Of a stretch of 64,000 nt of DNA, positions 1 through 13,050 are shown piece by piece; position 1 is the first letter of the stretch, and each line of letters begins with the position of its first letter. A model generated the notes under the pieces. It searched no databases, was not told the origin of the DNA, and saw only the letters and a program-made list of their open reading frames with translations. Made by a program: the position numbers and the translations under genes. The stretch spans positions 2,232,001-2,296,000 of the forward strand of contig JAYWIR010000005.1 in NCBI GenBank assembly GCA_036172245.1. The letters run 5' to 3'. The DNA is from Raillietiella orientalis. Its lineage: Eukaryota.

Positions 1-299
1 TACTGAGAAACGCCTAGTCTTCCCTGCACTGTGCCCGCCCCTCTCGAACAGATTTCCCACAGAACTCTATTCGAATACAGAATTGCATTCTCGTATCCAA
101 GTCTAGCGCAACCCAATTCACCCCTCCCCCCCCCTTTCCAGCTCCCAACGCTACATCCTGCTCCGAACTCTTGTCTGTACGTCACCAAAAAAATTGACCA
201 CTCCCGAACGATCAAACCGACGACGCACGAACACAAAAAAGGGAAGTTCTCGAGAGTTCATTTACGAAGCGAACTTCCCTGATGATCCCCACCCCATCT

Positions 300-3200
300 A
301 CTATTCCCCCCATCTCTTCATCACACATTACTTAGAGCACCACTGACCCTCCTGATCGAGTGGAAGAGCGCGAGCCGTTCGTTCTAACACGCTAGCGCCG
401 GACGCGCTCATGTATCAGTGAGGTGGGATGGGCCTTCCCCCGGGGCGTTTTCCTGGATTCGGGAGTATCGCAGCTTCCCAAACTGAGGTTTGGGGAACCT
501 GCCCACTAGGTTCGCTTCAGGTGGATCGCAATCCATCATTTGATTCGCGCTGCTGATTTCTGCAGAGCCCCGCCACTCGGAACAGTTCGGCCACACCAAC
601 TAGAGCACGTCATTCCGCCTCTAGTCAACCCCTTGGCAAGGGCAAGCAGCCAGCCCGTGTCTTCCCCACTGCTGAAACGCTGGAGTGCAGCGCATTCCAG
701 TGCTGCACACCCTGGAGAACGAATGCTATTGGTCACGTTCCTGTGCGACGGGCCGACAGAGAGACAAGCGATAATTTCTTCATACCAGGTGGCATCCGGA
801 AAGATGCTCTTCCTTTGAGAATTTTCCTGGTGATCCTGAAATCTGTGAATCGTGAACTTCCTGAGACAAGAAGAACACCGAAGTCACCGGAAGCAATCAT
901 TAGTGAACCCAAGGAATCGATTCTGCTCTCCAGTCGTCTCGTTGGCAAGGGCTGAACCAGGGAAAATTCCCTTCCTGTGACGCCACAGCTTGGTTGCAAT
1001 CCTCCCAAAGGAGGATGTGATCTGAGTTCTCGATGCTCAAGAAGGAAACACTGGTTTCTTTTCTCTTACTCTTCTCGTAGTTTCATCGGAAGCAGAGCTC
1101 CAGCAAGCAATGCTGGTGCATTCATGGGCCTCCCACGCGGATCTGCTAGTCACCCTTGGTACCCTCGGGCATTTCATACTCCAAGCGAGGCGCGCTTGTT
1201 AGTTGTACGCGACGTCGAGTTTGGGACGGGACGCTGCATCATGAGCAAAGTCGTGGTCCCGTACATCCGGCGAAAGAGCTACGCCGACTGGAGGCAGCAA
1301 TCGAAGGGATCTGGGACGTGGTAGCTTCACGTTATGAAATCATTCTTGCGACGAACGATCGCCCCGTATGGATCCAACGCCACGCAAAAGGAGAAGGGCC
1401 ATCCTGAACATCTCGGTTGCCTTTCCCTCCGAGAGAACCTTCGACCCGTTCGGGAGGCTCCAGGAGGAAAGGAGATCAAAGACAAAGACCTCGACGTCTT
1501 TCCCGTCGAATTTAGATGTTTGGGTGACTGTGGGGGCCATAGTGAATGGCCCTATAGGGTCTTGGGATTGCTACAATGTAGAAGAACGAAAAAGCACAAA
1601 GAAAGCTGGAAGTTCTGCGGCCAGCAAAATGAGGCGCACCCTGGTTGCCTCTAACATTTCATAGGGTCCCTATTTACACTGGACCTACCCCCCAGATGAA
1701 GGAATCGCTCAGAAGAAGGACACTTGAGAAAACTGGTGCCGACTGATGCAGACGGAGACAAAGGAATTTTGGAAATTGTACCATAACCTCATATTGACAG
1801 AATGAGATGGAAAGTTGTAAAATCTTAGGGTGTAAAATCTATGAAAGATAATGACAAGAAAATTCAGGGACTGGCGCTCAGGATCGAAATACTGGAACCG
1901 AGGGAGCGTCACGAGCTCCCCCGGAGTGAAACGCTGCTCTTTTCATAATGCACGTGTTTGTCTCAAAGGACGCTCACTCACGCGCTGAAGAGAAAGGACC
2001 ACCGGCGTTCATCGCCAAGAATGAAAGGTCGTTTCTGCATCGAAGATTTCCACTCCTCTTCTTCTGGCTTCCTGGGCTTGAAAAAAAGAAAAGAGAGGAA
2101 AAGGATACAAAAGGAACGAAGTGAGTCGAGATGGTGTCTTTAAAAATCGGAAATCCAAGCAGGAATACCACTGCTTTGTGTGTGCATGTGTGTTTATGTG
2201 TGTTTAGGTCGCAGAATTCGTTTGTGCCCAGCTTGAATGTTTGTGAAGAGCCGCAGTTTTATGTTGTGAATCTCTGGCAATGCTTGCATTCTTGGCTGTT
2301 GGACAAGGATTCATCTTTAAATGTTACTGATCTCTGACTCATCTTTCCTGTGCGCACACGTCCGCACCAAGTAACAGATCAAAAATACCACCAGTCTTTA
2401 CCACCACGCACCGGTGCAGTACTTGCTCCAGGGTTCTTGTCACCAGTCCAGTGAAAAGACTCCTTTATCCTCAGCAACCTTTCTTATCCTATACTGCCGA
2501 ACCATCCACTCGAACCACATAAACGAAATGTTGCGAAATTCAAGAACGCATGAGGAGATCAGAATAGAAGAAATATCGACGTGACCCAGCCACAGTGCTC
2601 CTGGGACCGGCTTCGCCTACTTCGCACTTTCCGTGAACCTCTACATGAGATGCAACTTCTCCGGAATGTCAGCCGCACACTCCTCCCGTGTGGCAGATCA
2701 CCACTGCTGGCACGTGGCGAAGAGGTCAGAGTAGTGAACCCGGAAAGTGTGAAGCAAGTGCGACGTGAGAAGGGACAGGATCGGAGGATAGAAGCGAATT
2801 TTTTCCATCCCAGATGCAGCAGACCTCTGGAGCATTCCGGCTACCGGGTCTCAGCCTTCCCTCTGAGACCTGGTGGCGTTCCTCGTTTCGAGGTTGATTC
2901 CGCAACCCGGCTGCAGAGCGTGTCCTGGGAGTCCTGGCCACAGATGGAATCAAGTCGAATCAAGTGAGAGGGCAGCACTGGTTAAACAGTGCATCCTTCT
3001 CACGTGGAGAGATGGAACTGCTCGCCCTGGAAAAGCTCCGCATTTGAATTGGGTTGGATTTGAAATGCAGGTTTGGGGTGATGAAAACGACATCTTTCCA
3101 CGCGGATGCGAAAGTGCTTCCTCATAGAAATATAAGAGCAGATGGAATCCTGGCAGACGTCTCTTGTTTCGTGCCACACAAACCACCATGAGGAAAGTCC

Positions 3201-4480
3201 CCATTGAGATTCAGGATTTATTTCCGTTTACACTCACGAATCAGTCAGTCCTTCACTTGAACGTGGGGACGCCTCCATGCCCGTTGCAAAGCACGGAAGG
3301 TACTCAGCGACGTGACCGGTTTGCACACACAGGCATCAGCTCATAGCAACAGAATCGAGGTTCCATCTAACCACTGCCACCGCGAAATCGGGAGCTTGGA
3401 CTCTCTTGACTCATCTCTCGCAAACAGCACTCACCAATCACACTGGACAGCAACACATCCCTATTTCAGAGCGAAAAAAAATAGTAAGGCAAACAGTAGG
3501 GCGGAATTCGCTTCCGGAAACTTCGCAAACAATCTCTCCTTCGCTGGACTCTGGCGCCTCTGAAAAGAGATGCACCAGAGGCGGGGTGCTTAGCAACATG
3601 TAGATTGTGAGCAGGTTGAACGAAGCCTCGAATCCATCCGTTCTGAAAAACTGCATTGCATCTGCAGCACTGGATGGAGCAAGAATCACTCGAAGAGACG
3701 CTATCTGTCTCCGCATGCGGTGTTGGCGCCTCAAAGCATGATGGTCCTTGTCCGGAACAGGTTCAGCAAGCGCTACACTGTTTTTACACCTGCTCCTTTC
3801 AGGAGATCCTGGAACATCCCATGAAGAGTGCATAGGCAGGAAGAACCTCCGTCGACGCAGCGCTGCCCTCCCTCAGGGAATATATGGGCAGCAGCCTGGC
3901 GGTTAAATGGAAGGTTAATGTGAACATCTCAGCAAGGAGAAAAGGACTGGGAGAGTGGATGTCAGGACAGCTCACGGAAGCTGCAACCCAAGATTTCCCC
4001 ACACGAGGGCTTTTACTCTGGGGCGAGCTACTGGGGATTCCGGTTGAAGATGTGCAGTGGCCCTCAGCACTTTTGGATGGACACACCCTCCCCTTGAAAT
4101 CGCAGGAGTCGGCGTTGCTGCTGCTGCACTGGAGCCTCCCGTGCAACGCCTGCCGGCATCACTGAACACGGGGATGTGTGGACACGAACTGTGGCAAGTG
4201 CGAGGAGCATGAATCCCTCCCGCACCTGCTAGTGGATTGTGTTGCCCTCCAACCAATCTGAGAATGCTTTGCTGCAACCTTAGGGTATCTCGGAGGCAAC
4301 TCCAGAGACGCTTTCAAACCCCTTCTCGTTTGCGACGCACTCTGGCCTGCAGCCTCGCTAGCAGCCCTGTGTTGCCTACGCGGGATCCTCGATGCCTGCA
4401 GGGACACAAGAAGAGGGCACAGTGACAAAGATGCTACATCCAGCCACTTTGCGATTCAGGAGGATGAAAACAAGATGGCC
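300..4480 (+). mobile_element. Decayed L1/Tx1-clade LINE ORF2 fossil (copy A); 3' zf-RVT end clear, 5' part only weakly recognisable
   Basis: 3884-4470 reads, across stops, W..GQLT..LLLWGELLGIP..ALLLLHWSLPCNA..CGKCEEHESLPHLLVDCVAL..SLAALCCLRGI. This is the CxxC..HLLxxC zf-RVT end, repeated at 8.2, 11.4, 28.5 and 34.3 kb. Upstream hints: APGG (~1460, SPGxDG-like) and HREIGSLD (~3380, GGLG-like). Boundaries are approximate. Confidence 0.6.
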
Positions 4481-4884
4481 ACGGCAACGCCGGTTCCGGA
4501 AACCATGATTCCTACATCGCTGTCATACGCTGATCTTCACATCCGTGGTCTTCTCTGCATTCCCGGATTGCCTCGTCGCGAAACATCCACTTCTCTCGAT
4601 GACATCTGTTTGCTTTTGATGCTGCTTTGGACCTGTGTTTTCTCGAACGCATTCATCATTCCAATCCCTGATCTGAAGAGATAATCAGAAACGCTCCACG
4701 TCGAGAAGCGACAGTGGAACCTTCCCGGAATGATGAACTGAGGAACCTCCCATACGAAGAAGGACGCCAGAATTAGCGAAACCTCCTCCAAAAAGACTCC
4801 ACTAAAGAAGGTAAAAGAAGTCTACTCAGCCACCGTTCGATGCTCTCCACGGCCAGCCACCGGTCTCCATTAATACCCCCAATG

Positions 4885-5545
4885 TGGAAGATCGTAAAAC
4901 ATGAATGTATGCGCTCGTTCTGTAGATTCGTGTACATGGCAAAGATCGTAAAGCACAAGTGTATACGCTTATTCTATAGATGTATTCTATAAGGATATGC
5001 ATTTATGCGTATTGTACACGAATTTATTCTAACATACATCATTATGGATGTTTACTGACATGCAGATTACGATCATTAGCATTATTCCAAGCTGTACATT
5101 TATTATTATTAATTAAGATTCGTATTTTTAACATGATGGCTTTTCCACCATTCTGAATTGTCCGCATTATTTTTTATTGCCATTCGCCATGCTGCGTATT
5201 TCCTTTTCCTGCCATTTCCAACACGCAACAAACCGCGCTTTCCCAGTGAGCGGCGAATTCTATTTTCGGGATTTTGAGTATTTGATAAATATATCTGCTT
5301 GAAATTCCACACGTATACATCCATTTAATGTGTACGTTCACTGTGTACATAAATGTATATCAATATATATATTAAACACATGTGTGTTTATTTTTGAAAT
5401 CGTTGAAATATACACTGGTTATATATGTTAATCCATATTATTCATATTAAGAATACGTATCTTAATGCATATTAATAAATACATAAAAATAAATTTATAT
5501 ATTAATCTGCATATGGAATAGGCACGTGTATTTATTTTCTATCAT
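4885..5545. repeat. AT-rich interspersed repeat, copy 1 (related to 25345-26400)
   Basis: Abrupt AT-rich insert in GC-rich DNA. Shares AAGAT(C/T)(G/A)T..AA, CATGCAGATTA, TACGTTCAC and CAC(G/A)TGTATTTATTTT motifs with 25345-26400. Confidence 0.5.
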
Positions 5546-7399
5546 CCCTCGGGATTTTCGACGAAACCGTGCACCCACGAATGGATGTTTCCCTGCATTC
5601 CTAGTGAGTGGATGGGAAACCCTCCCCACAGATTTCTCATTCCCGTTCCGTCCCGTTTCCCACCCCTTCTCCAGCGAGGGCTGTGCCGCCTGCGAAACGG
5701 AGCGCAGCACCCTTTGAAGAGACCTTACGTAGCTTTGCGTCTGCGGGAAGATCATGCGGCCGGTCTCGTCCGCACGGGCATCTTTCAGCCTCCTCCGCAA
5801 CGCCCTTCCTTGCACCCGGGTCCGAGATGTTCCGCCCGTGCTCTCCTTCCTCTACCGGGATTCGGTTGCCATGTCACCATAGTGCGCGCGCGCACGGTGG
5901 TAAATCACAAGCAGACAAACACGGAAAGTGGAACCCGCTGGAAGTCTCGCCGAGCCGCCTGCCGAAGCAAACTCTCAGCGTTTTTTTTTCTCCTTTTGGC
6001 ATTTGGGCTTTGACAGCGACTTCGATGAGCTATCAGGACGGCACTCAAAGGAGAGGACCACTGTCCGCTCTCTCTCTTCCATCCCCGTGGCAACAGCATC
6101 GCATAACATTTTACCGTTGTCCAGGGAAAGGGAAAGCAAACTTTAAAGCCCTTCGCAGATGCACGTTCTTGCTAGAAGGGAGAGTCGATCCCTGCAGCAG
6201 GCTTGCCCCGATGGACGCCAGCCGGGAAGACGGGTCGCCCAAAATAGAAGGGAAGGCAAAGACCTCCGAAACACAAAAGTCTTTCGCCGGCGAGCTCTCA
6301 GCATGCGTGGACACCCGTAGAAACGAAATTGCGGCGAAAAAATCCAAGGGCGGTGACGTCAGGAGCCGATAGAGGGATGCACAAACAAGAAGAGAAATGT
6401 CTCTTGTGGATGGAGGAAATCCTGTGCGGAGGCATCATGAGCCGGTGACCCAGATCAAAAGGGCTAGCTGGAAACACTAGAAGTTGATAGCCGCCGGCCG
6501 GACTGTTTCGACAACGGGTCCCAGAGCACCGGGTCGAAAGAAAGTCCAACCGCATTGGACGCCGCTTGCCCATACAAGCATTCATCAACGGCGCTGGTCC
6601 AGGAGACAAGACAAAAGCACAAAGAGCAAGTATCGAGGGGGTTCGCCCCCTTTGCCTCGCCTCCGGAGGAACGCCAGCGAGCGCAAGACCCACCATCACT
6701 TCCATCGGTAGGATCTCGGGACTCCTGGGACAGGAGAAACGGTGGAGTGCCGGGAGAACTGAATGATTCCCAAGGATCAGGCGAAGAGCTCGCGAAAAGA
6801 AAACCTTCTGACACAGAGTCCATGCAGACCGTACTGGGAACGTCGGAGCACTCTGTAGGAAGAGCGTTTGAGGATCGGAGGAGGAGTCGAGCAAACGAGG
6901 AAGACGGTGGAGAGTGCTTCCTCCCTCACCTGTTCCCATCTTCCTTTTCGATGCGAGTATCAACTTTCGGGATGCTCTGATAATAGCTTTTGGTGCTTTA
7001 AGGAGTTCATCTGTTCGGATCCTCATCTCCGAGCTAGCCTGCCTCCTATCCTCGTTCTGTGGACGGGGAAAACGCAAGAGCGGCATCCTTGGTAGGAACC
7101 TCGTAAGGTTGGAACCCAGTCACTCCGGGACGTTTATTTTGCAAAAACAAAACAAACCACAAGTTTGAAGAGAAGAAGGGTATCCCTTCAAAAAAACAAG
7201 AAAAGCCAAAAAAAAAAAATTCATCCGGAATAACCAACGGTATGCAGGCCGGCTTCCATAAAGTGGGAAACAGAGTGAAGGGACAATAGATTAAAAAAAA
7301 AAAGACATGAGGGTGGGGACAGGGGTCTTTTGTATGAGACGTTCCTTCCTCTCTAGAAGCGGCTGTGGATGAAGACGATCTCCCTGGTGAGTTTCTCGA

Positions 7400-8900
7400 A
7401 GATGAGGCCATCTCGTTGCATTCCTCATGAGGGCTGCTGCCAAACTGGTGGCCTCTCCGCCGAGAATTTGATTCTAACGCATGGCAGACTGTTATGTGGC
7501 ACGGATGCAACAGAGTTTTGCGATCGCAGAGCCTTTCTTCAGTCCGCCTTCGGTGAAGAAGCGCTGCAGCAGGTTTGTGGCATTGTCCTGGAGTTGACGA
7601 AGTGCCGTGGCGAGTCTCTGCCACACGTCCGGTACTCTAACAAGAGGTGCGGGGACAGTTGGAGGAGTCCCTAAGACAGTTTAAGGCGCAACTCCTCCGG
7701 AAACTCTGTGTTCGCGCTGATTGCACTGGAATCCCCAGTTCAGAAACAGCAGAACATATCGTTTCCACTGGAGAGGGAAACACGGAAGTGTCCACGCAGA
7801 GAAAACGGACCACGAGTTCTTTGAGGGCACACCAAGCAGCAGACCTGGTCAAACGAACCACCGGCTACGTGAGACTTTATTAGTTCCGGGCACGGCGGCG
7901 CGGACGCAGCGTGTCCAGCTGCGAACTGGAGCTCCGGTGAGTGGCCAAGCTGGCCAGGACCAACAACTGGATCTTTTGCCGTTCCGCGAACGGTAGTGCC
8001 TGGTTGCAGGAAACCGTTCACATGTGCCCTGAAGAACGAAGCGAGCACGGAGATGAGGCTGCTCCAAGACTGCTGCACCCCTTTTACAACAACCACTCGT
8101 TGCAGGGTGTCATCGCGCAATACACCTCGTGTGCGTGGACACAAAGAACCCTGCCAGCTGCGGCGCTGTCCTCCTTCAGGGAGCATCTGGGGAGTAACCA
8201 GTCGGCTAAATGGGAGGTCAGTTGCGGAATAGGTCTTCGGACGAAGAAATTAGATGGTTGGACTACAGGCCAGCTCACGAGCGATGCGACCCCGATTGCC
8301 CTACCGAAAGAACTATTGCGCTGGAGTGAGCTGCTGGGAATCCTACAGGAAGACCCCGAGTGGTCCCCAGCACTGAAGAACAACCGGTCCCTCCCCCTAA
8401 AATGGGAGGGGTTGGCACTTCTGCTGTTGCACTGAGGCCTCCCGTGCAATGCACAACGGTCTCACTGAACCCGGAGGGCTGTGGACCCCAACGGTTTTAA
8501 ATGCGAGGAACAGGAATCCCTCCCGCATCTGCTCGTAGACTGTGTTGCCCTCTGGCCCCTGTGGTTGCGTTACGCAGCGGCCTTGATGGCATCAAAGAAC
8601 ATTCCCAGGGACGTGTTGAAGCGCCTCTTCGTGCTTGATGTCCTTTCGCCTGTCGCATCCCTAGCAGTTCTTTGCTGTCTACGAGGTATTGTGGCCGCCT
8701 GGAGCTACGCGAGAGAAGGGCACGATAGGGACGCCATCTGCTTCGTTCTGAGCTTCATGAGGATGGCCGATAGATGACCCCGCCTGGAACATACTCAGAA
8801 GGAACTTGCCGGCATCCTGGAAAGGTTGCAGAGGACGCCCTCCAGCACCCGGTGATCCTTTCCCTAACCCTCCCAATTTTTGTATATACTTTTTTTTCTT
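7400..8900 (+). mobile_element. Decayed L1/Tx1-clade LINE 3' fragment (copy B)
   Basis: ORFs 7941-8435 and 8481-8777 give GWTTGQLTSDATP..LLRWSELLGIL..LALLLLH*GLPCNA..KCEEQESLPHLLVDCVALWPLW..SLAVLCCLRGIVAAWS..LAGILERL, followed by a T-rich 3' tail (~8870-8905). In-frame stops are present. Confidence 0.75.
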
Positions 8901-10294
8901 GTTTACCCCCTCTTCCTCCGCTGCCGATGCGATCCTCGCCGGTCTGAGTGCCGGTTACTCGGTAGGTTCCGAGAATTTTCGGACAATGTAGGACCGATGA
9001 CCCTATGCAAGTATGTTTATTGTTTCTAATAAACATCCAGGTGTGACCAGGTGATAAACTAAGAATCTCCGAAAACGAGGGGAGGGGGCATTCACAAACT
9101 CGCTTGGTTTGCAGCCGTTCAGGAGTTTTTGGACTCATGCAATGTAGCAGAACTGCCAGTTGGTTGCTGTCATTGTTTTCTCTGAGGGCAGACAGCGCCG
9201 CAGCAAGGAATGAGACAGCTAACCGGGACCATTGCAACCAGTTATGCAGAAGAACTCCCAGCAGTTTGCGTAGGAAACCCTGCAGAGGTCGCAGTTGCTC
9301 TGGATGCACTTTCAATGTGGCAGTCCAGTGCTCCAGACCTTTCTGCCATCAGGCATTCCAGTTTATGGGACGCAAGGAGATCCACGGGTGGACAAGCAGC
9401 AAGGAGGACAGATGCCTCAGAGGGTAGCCGAATCCAGTCCTCCGGTGTAGGTTGTGCAGCAGCACAGTGCACACTGGATTCTTGTAAGGAGGAACGTCGG
9501 GAACGCCACTTCTTCCGGAGACAGAGACGAACGGATGTGGGTGACATCCGTAGAAACGCGTCAAGTGCTCTCAACATCTCCCGATGCAGATGCAGAACGA
9601 AGGATCTTCGGCGTTCGATGACCACGGCGGGAAGTCCGGTCCGGCGTTCTCGGCTGAATCCGCAGCGGGTTCTGAGCCGGTACAACGGCGCGTCAGGGCC
9701 GTGGTTGTCTGGGTAGTTTTCGCAGCCCCCATGCGCTGCGCGATGGCACTGCTTGAGAGTTTCTCCGCCTGGAGTAGAAAAACTCGGTCGACGCTTGGGA
9801 AAGCAAACAGTAAAGGCGCAAGCCCGACGACTCCAGGAGGAAGCACCCTTCCACATCCCCTTTACTAAGCACCCTGCCTCCTCCCAGGCTGGCCACTCGA
9901 AGAAGGGAAACAGACTTCCACTCACGCATTCTGTAGCTTCCGGTGAGCCCGGAAAACTCCGACCCCAGATCCGTGACTTCCGAAAAGAAAAATAACGTCA
10001 AGAAAACTATTCTGGATGAATTCACGAAGACTCCTTGAGAAACTGGATCCTCTCCCACCCGTTCCTTCGTTCCACCGCCGGACCACTTTCAGTCCCACGA
10101 AGCAATCCGTGGATTGGCACTCGCCAGAGTGACGGAGTAAACGTGTCTCAGAGTCGATTCCCTGCTTCGAACGACTGCAGATTTATCTTTCCCTCCATCT
10201 GGCGTTCCCGGAAGCTGCAACGAAATCGCCACCAGCCCTGACAGCCACCCAGAAGAGACTTCGACGTCCGCCTTCCTCCTCCGGTAGCCCTGCA

Positions 10295-10700
10295 TTGACG
10301 GCCGTGTGTCTGCGGTCTCCAAGCGCGGCATCTGGCGTCGCGGGTTCGAATCCATCCCGGGGAAGGATAGACGGACACTGAGAACGGGTGCTGAGTCGTG
10401 GAATTCCAGTATCCCCCTAAAGGATTGGCCTATTCGGGTGCGACGCTGGTGGAATCCCAGGAAACCCCCGACTCTCCTCGACTGGCCGGGACTGGAAGTT
10501 GACTCTCCGGGGTCCTCCCAGGAATCATGGAGTCGGATTCCTTAGGGGTTTCTTTTCCGGTTGTGGAAATGGAGCCATTACCATGGAGCTGGTTGATGCC
10601 CTTCTGCATGGGTTGCCTCTCCGGAGTGTTGAGAAGAGCGCTGCTCCTTTCAGGTGGGGTGCCCTCCAGAGAAATTGGGAAGTGTCCCTCTGCGAAAATT
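10295..10700 (+). mobile_element. tRNA-derived SINE copy S1
   Basis: A-box-like CGGCCGTGTG (~10299) and perfect B box GGTTCGAATCC (10343-10353). Body core GGCCGGGACTGGAAGTTGAC..CCAGGAATCATGGAG is shared with four other copies. Confidence 0.7.
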
Positions 10701-10724
10701 CGGAAGGCTGCGCATGTCCGCTTC

Positions 10725-11225
10725 GGAGGCCATGTGGTCACGGTCTCTGCGAGGGACACCAGACGTCGTGGGTTCGAATACTCGGAAAAAATCGACTCCG
10801 AGAGATGAGGGGTGAGTCGAGGATCCGAGTTCCTCCCGCAAGATGACGCTGGTTGGCCTACATTCATTCGGGTGCGGCACTGATGGCAGTTCAAACAGGA
10901 TGCCCGCGATGAGTGGCCGGGATTGGAGGGTGGACCTCCGATTCCTTCCTGGAAACAGCATCAAGGAGTCCGGTTTTCTTCAGGGTTCCTTCCGGTTGTG
11001 CAAACGGGGACCCTCTGTCTCGTACCATGGAGCTGGTAAATTGATGATGTTTCTCCAGAGAGTGAGAAGCGTGCCGCTCCCTTCGGGGAGCGCCCTTCTG
11101 TGAGAATTCGGGAGCGTCCCTTCGAGGTTCTCTTCAGAGGAGCAAGCAGGAGCGGTTCTCTTGCGGGTTCCCTCCAGAGTTGTCACCCAGTCGGGCCGGG
11201 GCGTTTATTGATTGAAAAAAAAACT
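10725..11225 (+). mobile_element. tRNA-derived SINE copy S2 (tandem with S1)
   Basis: GGCCATGTGG..GGTTCGAATAC (B box at 10771), core GGCCGGGATTGGAGG (~10915), CCATGGAGCTGGT, GCTCCCTTCGGGGAG, and an A9 run at ~11215. Confidence 0.65.
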
Positions 11226-11339
11226 TGCAACTTTCGTGGTACGAGGGCCCACTACGGCCAACTCAACAGTGGATCTGCCGGGTCGCCGGTATGCAGAGCG
11301 GCGGGATCACATCGGCAGCGGAAGGGGAGATGGGAGACA

Positions 11340-13050
11340 ACAAAAATGGAAAAAAAAAAGAATAAATAAAAATAAACAAAAACACTTGGGAGGGGGCGGG
11401 AAGAGATCAATGCCTTGCATCCGTTCCAGGATGTGATCAGCAAGGCAGTCAGAGAAAGGTCTGTCCGAATAATCCTCAGGTGGAGCCATCTAGCTGCTAT
11501 CCACAGGAAGCAAACTGCGAACAGGACGGCGTTCCTTTCTTTGCTTTCTCCTGTGGGCTTCGCTCCATGCTGTCGCAATCCCGCGGATGCAGCAAAATGC
11601 TGCTAGGATTGCGGGGCTGGCTGCAGGGCGTTCCGTACGAAGAGGAGCTGTAAAATGTCTCTGAGGAGGCTGCCAACCGGGATCCAGAGGGTCGTTGCAA
11701 AACGTTTCCATAGGGGCCGGAGAGCAACACAGTCCACAAGCAGGGACGGGAGGGGAGATTCTCGTTCCCCACACCTGCGACAGTCCGGAATCGCCCTCAA
11801 CAGAGTCCAGTGGTGTCGGCGCGCGTTGCAAGGGAAGCCCAGTGCTACAGCAGAAGCGCCGACTCCTACCACTTCAGGGAAAGGTGCTCGTGTCCTTCAG
11901 CACTGGGAGCTGCTCCAGGTCTTCTGATGGAATGCCGAGTAGATCGCCCTAGGGCCGTATTCGTAGAGGGATAATCGGGGTCGCCGCGTCCGCCAGCTGT
12001 CCCGTAGTCCAACCACTCATCAGCTTCTTCTTGCTTGCAATCACTCAGGAGAAGAAATTCCTGATAGCGGATCCTTTCCGGGTTCCCTTGGGAGGAGAAA
12101 AAATAGAGCGGACCTCTCCAGAGTTCCCTCCGGAGACAGTAAGGAAGGAGACCTCCTTCGGGGTTCTCTTCGGAGACAACCAAGGCGGGAGGGTTCCTCC
12201 CCAAAGGTTAGAAGAATGGACTCCCTTCTTTGGAGCCCTTCCTGAATTTATCGGGTGGCGCCATCGCTGGCTACCCCGTATAGCTTGAAGTGTGCCACGC
12301 ACCCACGAGTGGCGTGAGCAGCGTTCAAGGTCTTCGCGAGTCCCTCCCCCCATGCCCTCTTCTCTCCTGAAGAGGCGAACGGTTCCTCAGCTCACTTGGA
12401 GGAGCAGGAAAAAAAAAGGAAAGAAAACTCCCTGCAGTCCTTCACGATTGGAAAAGCGGAGTTGATGCGTGTTCTAGCGGACGATGAGATGACAGCTCTC
12501 GACCTCCTCAGCGTCCAGCGTACTCTGGGATGATGGAATCTGGGGGTTCCCTTCGCTTGCGACTCATCCGGGCAGGCGCCACCGGTAGGGCCCGAGCCAG
12601 CGGAGGATCTCGCGATACGGAACATGGCTTTTCCTCACACCTCACGAGCAGGGCGTTCACTCTGCATCCTGAGTTACGACCTCTCTCCCGCGGCCATTAC
12701 GAAGAAGAATTCGGATATCCAGCCATCTCTCTGAGGCACGCGGCAACCCTCTGTTTCGATCTTGGCGTTCCGACTTGGATTTTCTGCGGTCCGACAGCAA
12801 GGAATGTTAATGGTTCAGCGCGCGACCCCGGCCGCCTGCCTCGCACGGAGGACCCGTTGCCGCTGCTGGCGACCCAGCAAAGATGAGAGCTTTCCCACCT
12901 CCTCGCGCGCATCTGATCACAGTGCGCATGCGCATGCGGAGATTTGGCCGCTTTCCTCCTCTTGGATGAGTAGCTCGTGCCTACGAAAAAGGTGGCTTCT
13001 CAAAAGGCCTCCTCATCCTCTACCAACGACGAATATCTTATCCATCCTCT
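11340..13050 (-). mobile_element. Decayed L1/Tx1-clade LINE 3' fragment (copy C)
   Basis: Minus-strand ORFs give CRRCGERES..LLVDCVALRPLWKRF..RDILQLLFVR, LAAFCCIRGIATAWS and HILERM, with a T-rich 3' tail at 11340-11400. Interrupted by the ~42-bp tandem array at 12065-12240. Confidence 0.7.
12065..12240 (+). repeat. Degenerate ~40-45-bp tandem array resembling the SINE 3' tail
   Basis: Units: AGCGGATCCTTTCCGGGTTCCCTTGGGAG / AGCGGACCTCTCCAGAGTTCCCTCCGGAG / GGAGACCTCCTTCGGGGTTCTCTTCGGAG. The same unit occurs at 11110-11180 and inverted at 29490-29570. Confidence 0.55.

Noticed and set aside
10283..10360. Functional tRNA gene at the GGTTCGAATCC boxes (also 36190-36270)
   Set aside because: No coherent acceptor or anticodon stems and no T-run terminator; each continues into a shared ~350-bp body, so these are SINE heads.
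12065..12240. CRISPR-like repeat array
   Set aside because: Units are degenerate and contiguous without unique spacers; no cas genes; eukaryotic context; the unit matches the SINE tail.
12920..12936. Perfect NRF1/Ewg-type palindrome TGCGCATGCGCA (similar at ~35233)
   Set aside because: Both lie at homologous positions in LINE fossils, far from the SDHB 5' end.
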